Assembly: GCF_009914755.1 (NCBI RefSeq)
Contig: NC_060929.1
DNA: 64,000 nucleotides
Reading direction: 5' to 3' (one strand)
Origin: the human T2T-CHM13v2.0 reference genome, Homo sapiens
A model generated the notes under the pieces. The model did no database searches and was not told the origin of the DNA. It worked only from the letters and a program-made list of their open reading frames with translations. Numbering within the stretch: position 1 is the first letter of the stretch; each line of letters begins with the position of its first letter. The translations under genes were made by a program, and so were the position numbers. Shown piece by piece: positions 1-13,430 of this stretch.

Positions 1-804
1 CAAAATTTTCACCCTTCTCCAGCCATTCTGTCCCAACTAGGGTAGGGAACTGAGAACCACTGGTAAAGTTCACAGTCCAGAGACATTAGGTTCACTAAAA
101 TCCTGAGACCTAATAATATGACTACAGAATGATTCCTCTGCCTCAACACCTTACAATTACATCACTAATGGCCTATTTACCAGTTTGTTTTAATCAGTAT
201 ATAGTGCCCACCTTTCAAGAAAAGAATACTAAAAGGAAAAAGTAAAGTTCAAAGATGCTAAACAAGCATCAGAACTAGCAGCAGAAATGGCAGAAATGTT
301 GGAATTATTAGACCAGGAATATATAAAATTAAGATTATTAGGCTAAAGGCCCTAGTGGAAAAAGTAGACACCATGCAAAAACAGACGGGTAATGGAAGCA
401 GAGAGATGAACATTCTAGGAATGAGTCAAAAATAAACACTACAGATCAAAAAGAAAGTAACAGAAATGAAGAATGCCTGTAATGAGCTTATTAGTAGACT
501 GGACAAAGCTGAGGAAAGAAGCTCTATCCCTGAGGATGTGACAGTGTAAACCCAAAACTGAAAAGCAAAGGGAAAAAGAGACTGGGGGAAAAAAACAGAG
601 CAGAATAATCAAGAATTGTGGAACAACTGCAAAATGTGTAACCTATGTGTAATGAGAATACCAGAAAAAAAAAAAGAAAGAGAAAAAACAGAAGCAATAC
701 CTGAAGAAATAATGATTGAAAATTTCCTCCAGATTAATGTCAGACACAAAACCACATATCCATAAAGTTCAGAGACCACTAAGAAGAATAAATGTCAAAA
801 AATT

Positions 805-930
805 ATACCTAATGCTAGATGACGAGTTAGTGGGTACAGCACACCAGCATGGCACATGTATACATATGTAACTAACCTGCACAATGTGCACATGTACCCT
901 AAAACTTAAAGTATAATAATAAAAAAAATT
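805..930 (+). mobile_element. Extremely 5'-truncated young L1 (L1PA2-like 3' end)
   Basis: atacctaatgctagatgacgagttagtggg...cctgcacaatgtgcacatgtaccctaaaacttaaagtataat plus A tail; GAG (not ACA) diagnostic; possible TSD aaaaaatt at 797-804 and 923-930. Confidence 0.9.
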
Positions 931-2595
931 TAAAAAAAAAACAAACTAAACTTGGAATATCATGTTTAAAGTTCAGAAAATCAAATATAAAAAAATTAAA
1001 AGAAATCAGATTAAAAATGTTACTTATAAAGGATTAAAAATAAAAATTGCATCCCACATCTTCTCAGAAACCATGCAAGAAAGAAGGGTGAAATATTTAG
1101 ATTGCTGAGACAAAAACACCACCAACCTATAATCGTGTACACTGTGAAATTATCCTTCGAAGTGAAGAAGAAAAATATACCTTCTCAGACAAATGAAAAT
1201 AGAATCTGTCTTTAAGAAGTGTTGAATGTTCTTCAGAGATAAAGAAAATTATATGGGTCAGAAACCTAAATCTACATAAAGAAAGAGCACCAGAGAATGA
1301 ATAAATGAACATAAAATAAAGAGCTTTGCTTTTCTTATTCTTAAATAATCTAACGTAAGTTTGTTAAAAATAACAATAGCAACAACGTATTCAGTGATTT
1401 ATGCTTATATATATGTGTGTGTGTTTATATTTAAGTGAGATTAATGACAACTATGACACAAAGAACAAGAGGAAGGCCTTTGTAATACTTTGTTACAATA
1501 AAGTACACACTCTGCCCATGAAGTGATATACTGGCATTTAAAACTGGACATGGATTAGTTTTGTATGTATTGTAAGCTCTAGAGCAACCACTAAAAAACA
1601 AAAAAAAAAGAAGCATAATGGCTATGCTAGAAAAGGAGAGGAAATTGAGTTTTACAAAATGCTCAGTTAAAACAATAGAAGGCAAAAATTATAGAGGATA
1701 AAAATAAAAACAAAAAATAAGTACAACAAATAAAAGCAGTCACAAAGAACATGGCTATCAACACAAGTATATCAATAATCACTTAAACATAAATAATCCA
1801 AACACACCAATTAATAGATAGAGATTTTCAGAGTGGATCAAAAAACAAGACTCAACTATATGTGGTCTACAAGAAACCCACTTTTAATATAAGGGCACAG
1901 AAAAGATTAAAAGCAAATCAATAGAGAAAAATATACAATGCTAACACTTAATCAAAATAAAGTGAGTGTAGCTGAATTAATTTCAGTTGGAATAGATTTC
2001 AGAGCAAGGAAAGTTATCAGGGATAAGGAACGGCATTACGTAATAATAAAAAGTCAATACTCCAAGAGGACATATTTTAATGTGTATGAACCCCAAAACA
2101 GAGTGTCAAAAATGCTAAGCAAAAACTGACAAACCTATCAGGAGAAATACATGAATCTATTTTCATAGTGGGAGATTTCAATACCTCTTTATTAGAAATG
2201 AGCGGATCCAGCAGGCAGAAAATCAGTAAGGGCATAGTTGGATTCCATAGCACCATCAATCAATTGTATATAATCAAGATCTACACACTACTTCATCCAA
2301 CAATAGCAGAATACTAATTTTTTCTCAAGATCACGTGGAACATTCACATAGACCACATTCTGGGTCTTAAACACACCTTAACAAATTTAAAAGAGTGTTG
2401 TATAATGTCTGCTTTCAGACCACAGTGAAATTAAACTAGAATTCAATAGCTGAAAAATACCAAAATACTTGGACTCTAAACAACACACTTCTAAATACCT
2501 GATAAGTCAAATAAGACATTTCAATAAAAATTTAAAAATATTTTGAATTAAATGACAATAAAACCCAGCTCATTAAAATTTGTTGGATGAAAGCA

Positions 2596-2787
2596 CGTTA
2601 GTTTTATATCTAAGCATTTGTTAGGATACTAATGTAAGTGCTATTTGTTTTTAATTTTAAATTCTACGTTTTTAATGCTGTGTACAGGAAAGTGATTAAC
2701 TTTTGTATATTATTCTTGTAATCACTTAGTTCCAGGAGTTTATTCATCAATTCTTTCAGATTTTCTACATAGACAATCATGTCATTG
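2596..2787 (-). repeat. Inverted copy of L1 RT-region sequence 4315-4524
   Basis: Reverse complement aligns to 4315-4524; flanked by direct repeat tgaaagca (2588-2595, 2788-2795). Confidence 0.85.
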
Positions 2788-3164
2788 TGAAAGCAATGCT
2801 TAGAGAGTGATTTGCAGCATTGAATGCATGTAATAAAAAAGAAGAAAGAGCTAAAAATCAATCATCTAAACTTCTACCTTAGGACACTAAACTTCTGCCT
2901 TAGGAAAAAGAAGAATAATTTAAATCCAAAGTAAGCAGAATAAAAGAAGTGATAAAAATTAGAGCAGAAATCAATAAAATTGAATATAGAAAATGGATAG
3001 AGAAAATCAATAAAATAAAATGTTGGTTTTTTGAAAAGATCAATAAAAGCAATAAGCTTCTAATTAGACTGAGAAAAAAAGAGAGAGGATATCAATTACT
3101 AGTATCAGAAATAAAATAAGAGATATCAGTTTAGATCCCATGGACATTAAAATAATAATAAAGG

Positions 3165-3437
3165 TGCTGGGTGTCGTGGCTTATGCCTGTAATCCCAGCA
3201 CTTTTAGAGGCTGAGGTAGTAGGATCACTTGGGTTCAGGAGCTTGAGACCAGCCTGGGCAACATAGTGACGCCCTGTCTCTATAAAAAATAAAAAGTTAA
3301 CCAGACATGGTTGCAGACCCCTGTAGTCCCAGCAACTTGGGAGGTTGAGTTGGGAGGATCACCCAGAAGGTCAAGGTTGCAGTGATCATGTCCCTGCATT
3401 AAAAAAGGGCAACAAAGCAAGACCCCATCTAATAAAA
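3165..3437 (+). mobile_element. AluJ
   Basis: Alu dimer with J-type gaccagcctgggcaacatagtga; TSD aataataataaagg on both sides. Confidence 0.9.
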
Positions 3438-5919
3438 TAATAATAATAAAGGAATATTATGATCAACTCTATGCCACAAAATTTGTTAACATAGATGGAA
3501 TAAATTAATTTATTGAAAGACACAATATGCCAAAACTCACAAAAGAAGAAATAGATTATCTAAATAGGCCTATATCTACTTAAAAACTAAATCAATAATT
3601 AATAATATTTCAAAGCACAAAGTACCAGAACCAGAATTCTCATAAATTGCACCAAACATTTAAGAAAAAAAATGTTGCCAATTCTCTACAATCTCTTCTA
3701 TAATATAGATTCAGAGGGAAGACTTTCTGCTTCATTCTATGAGACTAACATTACACTAAAACCAAATGAGACAAAGACATTACAAGCAAAAAAAAAAAAA
3801 AAGATACAGATCAATATTGGTACAGACAGGAAAAAATCTTCAACTAAATATTAGCAAGTAAATTCAATAATGTGTAAAAAGAATTATACACCTTGGCCAA
3901 ATGAGATTCATCTCAGACATGCAAGAATATTTCAACATTCAAAAGTGACTTAATGCAATGGGTTACATCAACAGGCTGAAGGAGAAACAGCATGTTATTA
4001 TATCAATAAATACAGAAAATCATTTGATAAAATCCAACACCACATTATGACAGAAACTAGCAGTAAACTAAAAATAAAGGAGTAACTCCATTAACTTAAT
4101 AAAGAATGTCTACAAAAAATCTACAGCTATCATCATAATTAACAGTAAGAAACCTGAAGCTTTTCCACTGAGATAAAAAATAAAGAAAGGATGTTCCCCT
4201 TTACCACTGCTTTTCAATATCCTACTGGAAATTCTAGCTAATGAAATAACATAAGAAAAGGAAATAGAAAGTCTACATACCTAGAAGAAAGAAACAAAAC
4301 TCCCTTCTTTGCAGATGACATGACTGTCTATGTAGAAAATCTAAAAGAATTGATGAAAAAACTCCTGAAACTAATAAATGATTACAGCAAGTTTGAAGGA
4401 TACAAGAATAATATACAAAAGTTAATCATTTTCCTATATACAACATTGAAAACTTAGAATTTAAAATGAAAAACCAATACCGTTTACATTAGTATCCCAA
4501 CAAATGCTTAGATGTAAATCTAACAAAATATGTGGAAGATCTATTTAAGGAGAATTATAAAAGTCTCATGAAAAAAATCAAGAACTAAGTAAATGAAAAG
4601 GATTCCATATTCATGGATAGGAAGATATGATATTGCCAAGATACCAGTTCTACCCAACTTGATCTATAGATTCAATCCAATCACAATCAGAATCCCAGCA
4701 AGTTATTTTGTGGAGATATTGTACAACTGACTCGAAAATTTATATGGAGGGGCAAATCTCCAAAATAGCTAACATGACATTGAAAGAGAAGAACAAAGTT
4801 GGAGGACTGATACCACCTGACTTCAAAAGTTATGATAAAGCTAGAATAATAAAGATAGTGTAGTACTAGTGAAAGAATAGATCAATTTTTCAATGGAATA
4901 GAATACACAGTCAAGAAAAAGACAAACATAAATATACTCATCTGACCTTTGAGAAAGAAGGAAATAAAATACAAGGAAGAAAATATTGTTTTTGAAACAA
5001 TGGTACAGAGACAGCTGGATATTCATGCTAAAAATGAATTTAGACATTTTCCAAAATGGCAAAAATCCAAAATACTGACAGCAACAAATGCTGTCAAGGA
5101 TGTGGAGCAACAGGAATTCACGTTCATTGCTGGTGGGAATGAAAAATGGTAGAGCCACTTTGGAAGACAGTTTAGGAGTTTCTTACAAAATTCGACATAC
5201 TCTTACCATATGACCCAGCAATCATGCTCTCTGATATTTATCCAAATGACTTGAAAACTTATATTCACTATACAAACTTGCATAGAGATCTTTATAGCAG
5301 TTTTATTCATAACTGTCAGATCTTGGAATCAACCAAGATGTCCTTCAGTATGGGAGTGGATAAATAAACCGGCACAACCAGAAAATAAAATAGTATTCAG
5401 TGTTAAAATAATATATGAGCTATCAAGCCATGTAAAGATATGAGAAAATCTAAATACATATATACTAGGTTAAAAAAAGCCTGTTTGAAAGGCTACATGC
5501 TCTATTATTTACACTATTTGATATTCTGGAAAAGACAGAAATATGGATACAGTAAAAAGTATTAATTGTTTCCAAGGGTTTGCAGGGAAGAAGGTATGAA
5601 TAGGCAGAACAGGATTTTTAGGCAATACAGCTATTCCATACAAGCAGAAACATGTCATTACATCTTTGTCAAAACCCATAGAATGTACAACACCATAAAT
5701 GAACCCTAATGTAAACTGGATTCTGGGTGATAATGATTTATCAATGTACATTTATCCACTGTAACAAATGTACATCTTTGGTGTGAGATCTTGATAGTGG
5801 GGGAGGTTGTTTGTGTGTGAGGATAGTGGGTATGTGGGACTCCATGTTTTCCATTCTATTTTGCTGTGAACCTAAAACTTATCTGAAACAAAGTTTATTA
5901 CGTTAAAACTATAAACTTT

Positions 5920-6645
5920 GACGCCATCTCACCACTCACATTATTGAAGAAAGATCATAAATTTAATTCAGAAAGGTAAAAGAAAAAAATGTCTAGAAGA
6001 AAACAAAGGGAAATATTTTCACAACCTTGGAATAGAAAAATATTTCTTACAGGAGACAAAACAACCAACTATATAACTAAAAAAAAATACATTTGACTTT
6101 GTTAATATTTAGGATAGTTTTTCTCCATTAAAAAAGATTTTTTAAAAAGGCTGTAAAGGTAAGCCACTGATTGAGAGGACATATGTGCAATACATATATG
6201 CAAAATGCATTCATATCCAGTGTAAAGAACGCTTAAAAACAAAAAGAACAGAACAGAACGTTCAAAACTCAAATGGGCACAAGCTTGATCAGACACTTCA
6301 CTAACAAGGATATCCAGATGGACAATAAACATATTTGACTCTAAACATCACAAGTCTTCAGTCTTCATTTCTAATCGAAATGTAAAATCAACTCTCTTTT
6401 GATATTACCACATTCACACTAGAATGACTGAAATTAAAGAGAATATCAACATCAAGTTTTGACGATACTGCGAAACAACTAAAACTCCCATAAATTGCTT
6501 CTGGGAGTGTAAATTGGAGAAATATTTTTATATGGATCTCAGTATTTAGATAGGTGTATACATCTGTAAAAACTCATTGACTTCTACGCTTGAGATTTGT
6601 TCTCTCACTCTATGATGGTTATATTTTATTGCAATAAATAGTAAA
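5920..6645 (+). mobile_element. L1M (L1ME/MB-like) ORF2 3' part and 3' end fragments
   Basis: ctagaagaaaacaaagggaaatattttcacaaccttgg, atgggcacaagcttgatcagacacttcac, terminal aataaa. Confidence 0.65.
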
Positions 6646-6659
6646 AACTAAGAAATAAA

Positions 6660-6938
6660 AATGGCAAACATTTCCAGCTCACTTTGCTGTGTTGGTATTA
6701 CTCTAAACACTGGGCATTTATTAACTCATTCAGTATTCACAACACTTATTTGCTACAGTTCATTTGCTTATGTTCTTCCCTGTTTTTTGTTTTGTTTTGT
6801 TTTGGTTTTGGTTTTTTTTGCCTTTTTGAGGCACAGAGAAGATACATAACTTGCCCAAGGCCACAAGTTTAAGTAGTGAACCTGGAGCTCAACTCTAGGC
6901 AAGATTGTCCGATTCTGGAATCTTAAGCACTATCCTAT
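6660..6938 (-). mobile_element. MIR
   Basis: Reverse MIR core gaggcacagagaagatacataacttgcccaaggccaca. Confidence 0.8.
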
Positions 6939-6952
6939 GACCTATTTTAGAG

Positions 6953-6981
6953 TAAGTCTTTGGGATATTTGTATATACATG

Positions 6982-7013
<32 letters not shown>

Positions 7014-7133
7014 CATGTATGCATATATATACACGCATGCATATATAAATACACACACACATATATATATATACACACACACAGTTAGGTTTTATGAATG
7101 TGACTCATGAGTGAAACATTTATATAAGTCCTT

Positions 7134-7176
<43 letters not shown>

Positions 7177-7253
7177 GCACACACAAATATATATACACAT
7201 ACACACATACATATATATATATAAACTGTTAGGTTTTGTGAATGTGACTGATG
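6953..7253. repeat. Tandem duplication (period 172) containing compound (CA)/(TA) microsatellites
   Basis: taagtc(t/c)ttgggatat at 6953 and 7125; gttaggtttt(a/g)tgaatgtgact(c/g)atg at ~7084 and ~7228. Confidence 0.9.
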
Positions 7254-7714
7254 GTTTGTACTCACAAAGCACCTTTATTTATGTCTCCCATTAATTTTAT
7301 ACAGTGGGGTCTCATTACTTACCTAGTCACTCTTAAGTAACAAGAAATATTAACTTACTTTAAGTTGCATCATAGACACGCCTAGATAAAAGCAAAAGTC
7401 AGATTTGATTTAAAATGACACTTCCTCCTTCTATGTATCCAGGCCTGGCTATCTTGCAGGCTGGCTATCTCTTGTTGTGGGAGGGAACCATTCCTTCTAT
7501 CACCCCCTTCTATTCTCACTTCAGTTAGATTGATTTGAAGGCCCGTACAGACAGAGCATGGAAGGAGGACAGTTCATACTTGATTGATAATGCCACGACA
7601 ATTTAGAAATCTTGCTTTCTGGGCTTGACCAAAGTTTACAACTGGATCTTCCAGAGTGCGTTTCTTGCACAATGGTGTACTCTCTGGTATGACTGAGGCA
7701 TGAAATATAGCCTA

Positions 7715-8790
7715 GAGGCCAGGTGGAAACTTTGGTGGAGCCTAGGTAAGAGTACAAATGAGGTTACATAGCATATTTCTAAATATTTAAAAGTTATGAA
7801 TCAAACTAACAAATTGTTAAATAAAATGCAGTCCATCATCCCAACTTGTTAAACTGAGGAAACAACCAAAAAAATGTAGAATTTTTATATGATTCAGCAA
7901 AATATTAAAGAGGTTTTGAGTTAATTATTCTTGTCCATGTGTGTGAAAGGCTTTTGGTTTTATTGGCAATGTTTAGAAATGAAATTGAAATACAGACACA
8001 TAGTTAATAAATTATTAACTTTATTTTATTTCATAAAACATATATTTTATTTCATAAAACATTTACTTAATTTTGGCGATTTTTCAGTGTTAATTTTGCT
8101 ATGATGTTTTATGGAGATTTTGACATATTTTACATCTGATTCAAGTAATGGTCTAAAGCAGGGGTCCGCAAATATTTTCTGTAAAGAGGTCGGATAATAT
8201 GTATTTTATGCTTTGAGAAACATGCAGTGTATTACAACTACTCAGCCTTGCTGTTGTTGCACAAAAGCAGCCGTCAACAACAAGTAAACAAAGAGAGAAG
8301 TTGTGTTTCAATAAAACTTTATTTACAAAAACAGGCAGTGGACCATAGCTTGCTAATCCTTTAGCTAAAGGATTAGAAATTTGAAACATAATTATATTTA
8401 AAATAAATTCTGCATTGTTATTAAGAGTGTAATTTAGTAAATGTAAATAACTTTTTAAACATCTCCTTTTACATTACAGAGGTCTTTAATTTTTTTACGC
8501 CTATTATAAACATTTTTCATATATGTTCTAGTATTTGATATCTATCTAGTAACCATTGTAAAGGATCAGAATTACATTTCCTGTTAGTCCTAAGCACATA
8601 CAAATTTAAGAATCATATAACTTGTTTTACATTGCAAAATTCCTCAGACATTACATCTGATCTTTGCCAAAACCATACTAATTTGTAGGTACCTCTTGAA
8701 CAATGAATCAGAATACAAAAAAAACCAAGAAAATGGAAATGTTATTTCATTATGCAATTTCCTTTGAATTTATGTTCTCTGAACAGAATG
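7715..8790. mobile_element. hAT-Tip100 DNA transposon relic (Zaphod/MER115-like)
   Basis: agagtacaaatgaggttacatagcatatttctaaatatttaaaagttatgaatcaaactaacaaattgttaaataaaat matches the recalled MER115/Zaphod end; right boundary uncertain. Confidence 0.55.
8159..8362 (+). mobile_element. MER58A (hAT-Charlie)
   Basis: caggggtccgcaaatattttctgtaaag...aataaaactttatttacaaaaacaggc; 8-bp TSD-like gtctaaag/agctaaag. Confidence 0.85.
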
Positions 8791-8829
8791 ATTTGACAGG
8801 TTAATTAACTTGTCTTTTCTCCTATCCAG

Positions 8830-8949
8830 GCTCTTCGCCATTCAAATCCTCCCTACACAGTGAAGCATTATCCATCTCTGGTACTGGCAAGGGCAAAACT
8901 CAGACTTTTGTTGATGGCATCTGGATGCAATCGTCTTTGAGTACATCAG
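8830..8949 (+). other. Candidate 120-nt exon (unassigned transcript)
   Basis: ttaac branch-like site, ttgtcttttctcctatccag acceptor, cag|gtaaga donor; one frame open. Confidence 0.3.
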
Positions 8950-9254
8950 GTAAGAGTTGTGGTGAAGCATTGCCCTGGAGTCTGCACCTCATTGGTCAGG
9001 AGAGTAGACGTCTCTGGTTAATGTTGTCCTGTGCCAGTGCTGAATGTTGGATCCTGAGTCATAGAGAAGAAAACAGTAACTTAGCGGCAAATGGAGAATT
9101 TACTGCTGTCTCCAAATGCCAATTATTTTTTTCCCTGAACCAGTATTTGCCAAATCCTAAACCTGCATTTTTGAAAAGGGAGTTTAACGTACGTGAAATC
9201 TAGCTTATATATGTATATTCCTAGAATTGCTTCATTGACCACTGCTGTGTAACA

Positions 9255-9354
9255 GGTCTCTGGGTGATGGTTGGAATTGTGTGTGCAAGTATCTGTCTTT
9301 TTACAAAAATCTCCCCAGACAATTCTACTATGAAGCCAAGTTTGGGAACCACTG
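9255..9354. mobile_element. MER5-family fragment
   Basis: ctccccagacaattctactatgaagccaagtttgggaaccactg terminal motif. Confidence 0.65.
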
Positions 9355-11719
9355 ATCTGGAACATTTAAGAAAAAGAGTCAATAAAGCTTTTTAAAACTT
9401 TGATATTACTCTGCCTTACACCAGATTATGTCTCTGGGGACATTTTTATTATGTTAGTTGCATTAGTATATTTGACACTCAAGGCTTCTCAGCCAGACTC
9501 TTTCTCTGCAGAGGCAATAATACTGAGAAAGTGATTCTGAGAGTGGCTTAATAAGTTACACTGACCGGTAGCCAAAGCTTCCAAAGCTTTTAAAAAGAGC
9601 TAAAATATACTGTTGTGAGACCAGGCAACTTGAACAGCTACTGTTAACTCCTGGAAACTATTGTTTCTGTCCTTGGGTTCTTGTGCATAGTATGGATTCT
9701 TAAAGCTACTGGGATCTACTTATCATGGAAACTGTTCTTGATGTCTCATCAACGAATAAGCATTAGTTTTATGTGTTACCCTTTTATTTACCCTTACCAT
9801 TTCTCTTATTTGGCTTTGTAGCTGTCTTCTGAATTCTATGCCCTCACTTGTGTATACACTTCTGAAGAATACTTTGCCTAACTGGTCACTGCATCCGTAT
9901 TACACAGCACAGGGCTTACTCCATAATAGATACCCAATAAAAAGTTAAACCAGTACATATTTAATAAATACTTACGCTCTCAATGGAACCAGGTTTACTC
10001 AGTGCCATTGACTTCTACTGTTGAGAATGCCACCCCATAGAAGAGCAGAAACAAAAAAGTATTTGCTCTCCACCTCTGGCAGTTAATACTCAAAGAGGGC
10101 TGTCATTTGGGAAAACAGATTGAGTGTTGTATTGGGGAAAATCTCTGCTGTTCTAAGAAGGGCCGTCTCTACTGTCTGAACAAAGAGTAGCGATCAAGGG
10201 CATTTTTACATGAAGTTTCTTCCTCCCTTACCTCTTAAACCCCATAAGGAAAATTGGTAGGTTGCCATGGGAAATTCAACCCAAGTCTGGAAAACATGGG
10301 TTTATAAATTCATTTTTATTTTCCTGTAATACATGTAAATCTCATGCTTACAGAGTTAAACAACCTTGAAAAATATACCAGCCTCTTTCAAAATGTGGGC
10401 TATAAGTCATGTGATTTTTTGTGTGTATATGTCATAGGTTTTGGTGGTGATGGAGGGAGGCTAGGGCAGGAAAAAGAAGCTTCTTGTGAAGGATTATGCT
10501 GTTGGACCTCTCAGCTGCAAATATACTTAAAATTCTGAACTTGAATTACATTAGATTGTTATTGAAAATTGTTTCAGAACATTGGCTTTTTTGTACTTGT
10601 TTTATTCTGTCATTAAATTCAGATTTAAAAGCCTCCCTAGTTTCTTTCTCAAGGCCCCCTCTTCACCCTCTTCACCTCTACCCACTCCACCACTTTCCCT
10701 TTCTCCTGTGTTTTACCTGCCATCTGGAACCACTTCCCTGCCTCTCTGGACTTAATTGGCTCTTTTCAAATCATATCTCTAACCCCCATCTCTCCATCAG
10801 CCTTATGACTCCTAACCTTAAAGAAACAATCAACCTCTTTTTCCTGAGCCTTGCTGTTTCCCTCTGCTAAAGTTCTTCTTGTCCTATCTAGCCTCTTCTA
10901 CGCTTCTCCATTGAAGTGGCTATTGGTAATCTGTATGCCGTTACTTGTTCCTTTTTTAAGGTTATTTGAGGAAGCAACTGCATGTGTGCAAAGCCACACA
11001 GAAGCGTATTTAATTGTGTTGCATCTTATATAATCAGTATGAGTCACTCAAGTAAAACCCATTATGGAAAAATTACTCTCTAAGGAGTTATAATATTGTG
11101 CTTGGGTGGCTTCCTTTTGGTCAGGAAGCAGAGCTGCACTTCCAAGATTCATAATTGGCTTAGAAAGCTCAGACAGTGCATTTCAGTAGGGTTGTAATTG
11201 TAATATGTACAAAGGCTTACAGAAATACCCAGAATCAGCACACCCCAACAACAACAGCAAAAAGATACCTCTTTTGAACTTTGGTTTAAAATATTAAATT
11301 GAGTAATTTTAAAAAAGATGTTTATGAGTTAAAATAATTCTTAAAATCTATAATGTATAAAAATATCAGCTCAATATAAGCAGTTCTTTATGGTGCACTT
11401 ATCAAAATACATACAATAATATTTAATTAAAATATAATCTTATCCTTTATTTGTCTTGGAGAAAATTTTCTTTGAGTTTATCATGGGAATGGTATGTGGG
11501 TTTCTCATTTATTGTGTAGTTGGGTTTGCTTATTGGCAGCCCAGAAGGGTTTAAAATAATTCAACAGTAGTGTTGAAATAATAAATGTACAATCTCTTTA
11601 TGAAGCTTTAATATGAAAAAAAAAACTATATTTGGTCAGTGTAGAAATTCAGATGCTGCTATTCTACCCCAATTTGATATCCTTAAATATTCTGTTTTGA
11701 GGATTAAAATGTTCTTTTA

Positions 11720-12380
<661 letters not shown>

Positions 12381-12561
12381 AATATAGAGACTGAAAATAC
12401 ATAGTGAATTTTTAGATGTTTTCAGCAATCTAGAAGAAATCATCTTTGTTTTAGCTTCTATATCATTATGTAAGATCATTGAAATGGGACTTGCTGATGT
12501 TCATTGGAATTTCATACGTGTCTTGAAAACCCATGGAACATACTCCTGCAAGATCATTTTT

Positions 12562-12855
12562 TATTTTTTTGAGATGGAGTCTCTCTCTGTCGCCCAGGCT
12601 GGAGTGCAGTGGCATGGTCTCGGCTCACTGCAAGCTCTGCCTCCCAGGTTCACGCCATTCTCCTGCCTCAGCCTCCTGAGTAGCTGGGACTACAGGTGCC
12701 CGCCACCACACCGGGCTAATTTTTTGTATTTTTTTTTAGTAGAGATGGGGTTTCACCTTGTTAGCCAGGATGGTCTCGATCTCCTGACCTCATGATCTGC
12801 CTGCCTCAGCCTCCCAAAGTGCTTGGATTACAGGCGTGAGCCACCGCGCCCAGCC
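12562..12855 (-). mobile_element. AluY (shares two Yb-type positions, lacks the 7-bp duplication)
   Basis: caccttgttagcc and gacctcatgatc; perfect TSD ctgcaagatcattttt at 12546-12561 and 12856-12871. Confidence 0.93.
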
Positions 12856-13091
12856 CTGCAAGATCATTTTTGAGAACACTTCTCATATTTTTGGAAGCTA
12901 CAAAATAGATTATTAGTGCATTCTAAGTTGGAATACCATGCTCCTTGTCTCCTCACAGAAGCCAAAATTAGTTTTAACAAGAACACTACAAAATAAACAT
13001 GTTTAAATAAAATTAAATATTTAATTGATTTTTGCACTGTGTTTTCCAGTAAAGCAAAATAAAACAAAATATTTTAAGATTTATATTTTAG

Positions 13092-13380
13092 GGCCGGGCG
13101 CGGTGGCTCACGCCTGTAATCCCAGCACTTTGGGAGGCCGAGGCGGGTGGATCATGAGGTCAGGAGATCGAGACCATCCTGGCTAACAAGGTGAAACCCC
13201 GTCTCTACTAAAAATACAAAAAATTAGCCGGGCGCGGTGGCGGGCGCCTGTAATCCCAGCTACTCGGGAGGCTGAGGCAGGAGAATGGCGTGAACCCGGG
13301 AAGCAGAGAGCTTGCAGTGAGCCGAGATTGCGCCACTGCAGTCCGCAGTCCGGCCTGGGCGACAGAGCAAGACTCCGTCT

Positions 13381-13428
<48 letters not shown>
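13092..13428 (+). mobile_element. AluYb8
   Basis: 7-bp duplication gcagtccgcagtcc, ggctaacaagg, CpGs largely intact, pure A47 tail, 16-bp TSD aagatttatattttag at a TTTT/AA site. Confidence 0.97.

Positions 13429-13430
<2 letters not shown>

Larger units (their letters stand above)
1..5900 (+). mobile_element. Old near-full-length LINE-1 (L1MC-like), runs off the window start; interrupted by an L1PA2 tail, an inverted insert and an AluJ; ORF2 deletion near 5045
   Basis: A-rich strand with decayed ORF1 (~250-1300), endonuclease region (IDFRARKVIRDKERHY at 1938-2129), RT motif gcagatgacatg (FADD, ~4310) and L1MC-type 3' end (aaacccatagaatgtacaacacc...gctgtgaacctaaaact). Confidence 0.9.

Noticed and set aside
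10261-10274. RFX X-box-like gttgccatgggaaa
   Set aside because: Single imperfect motif with no supporting context.
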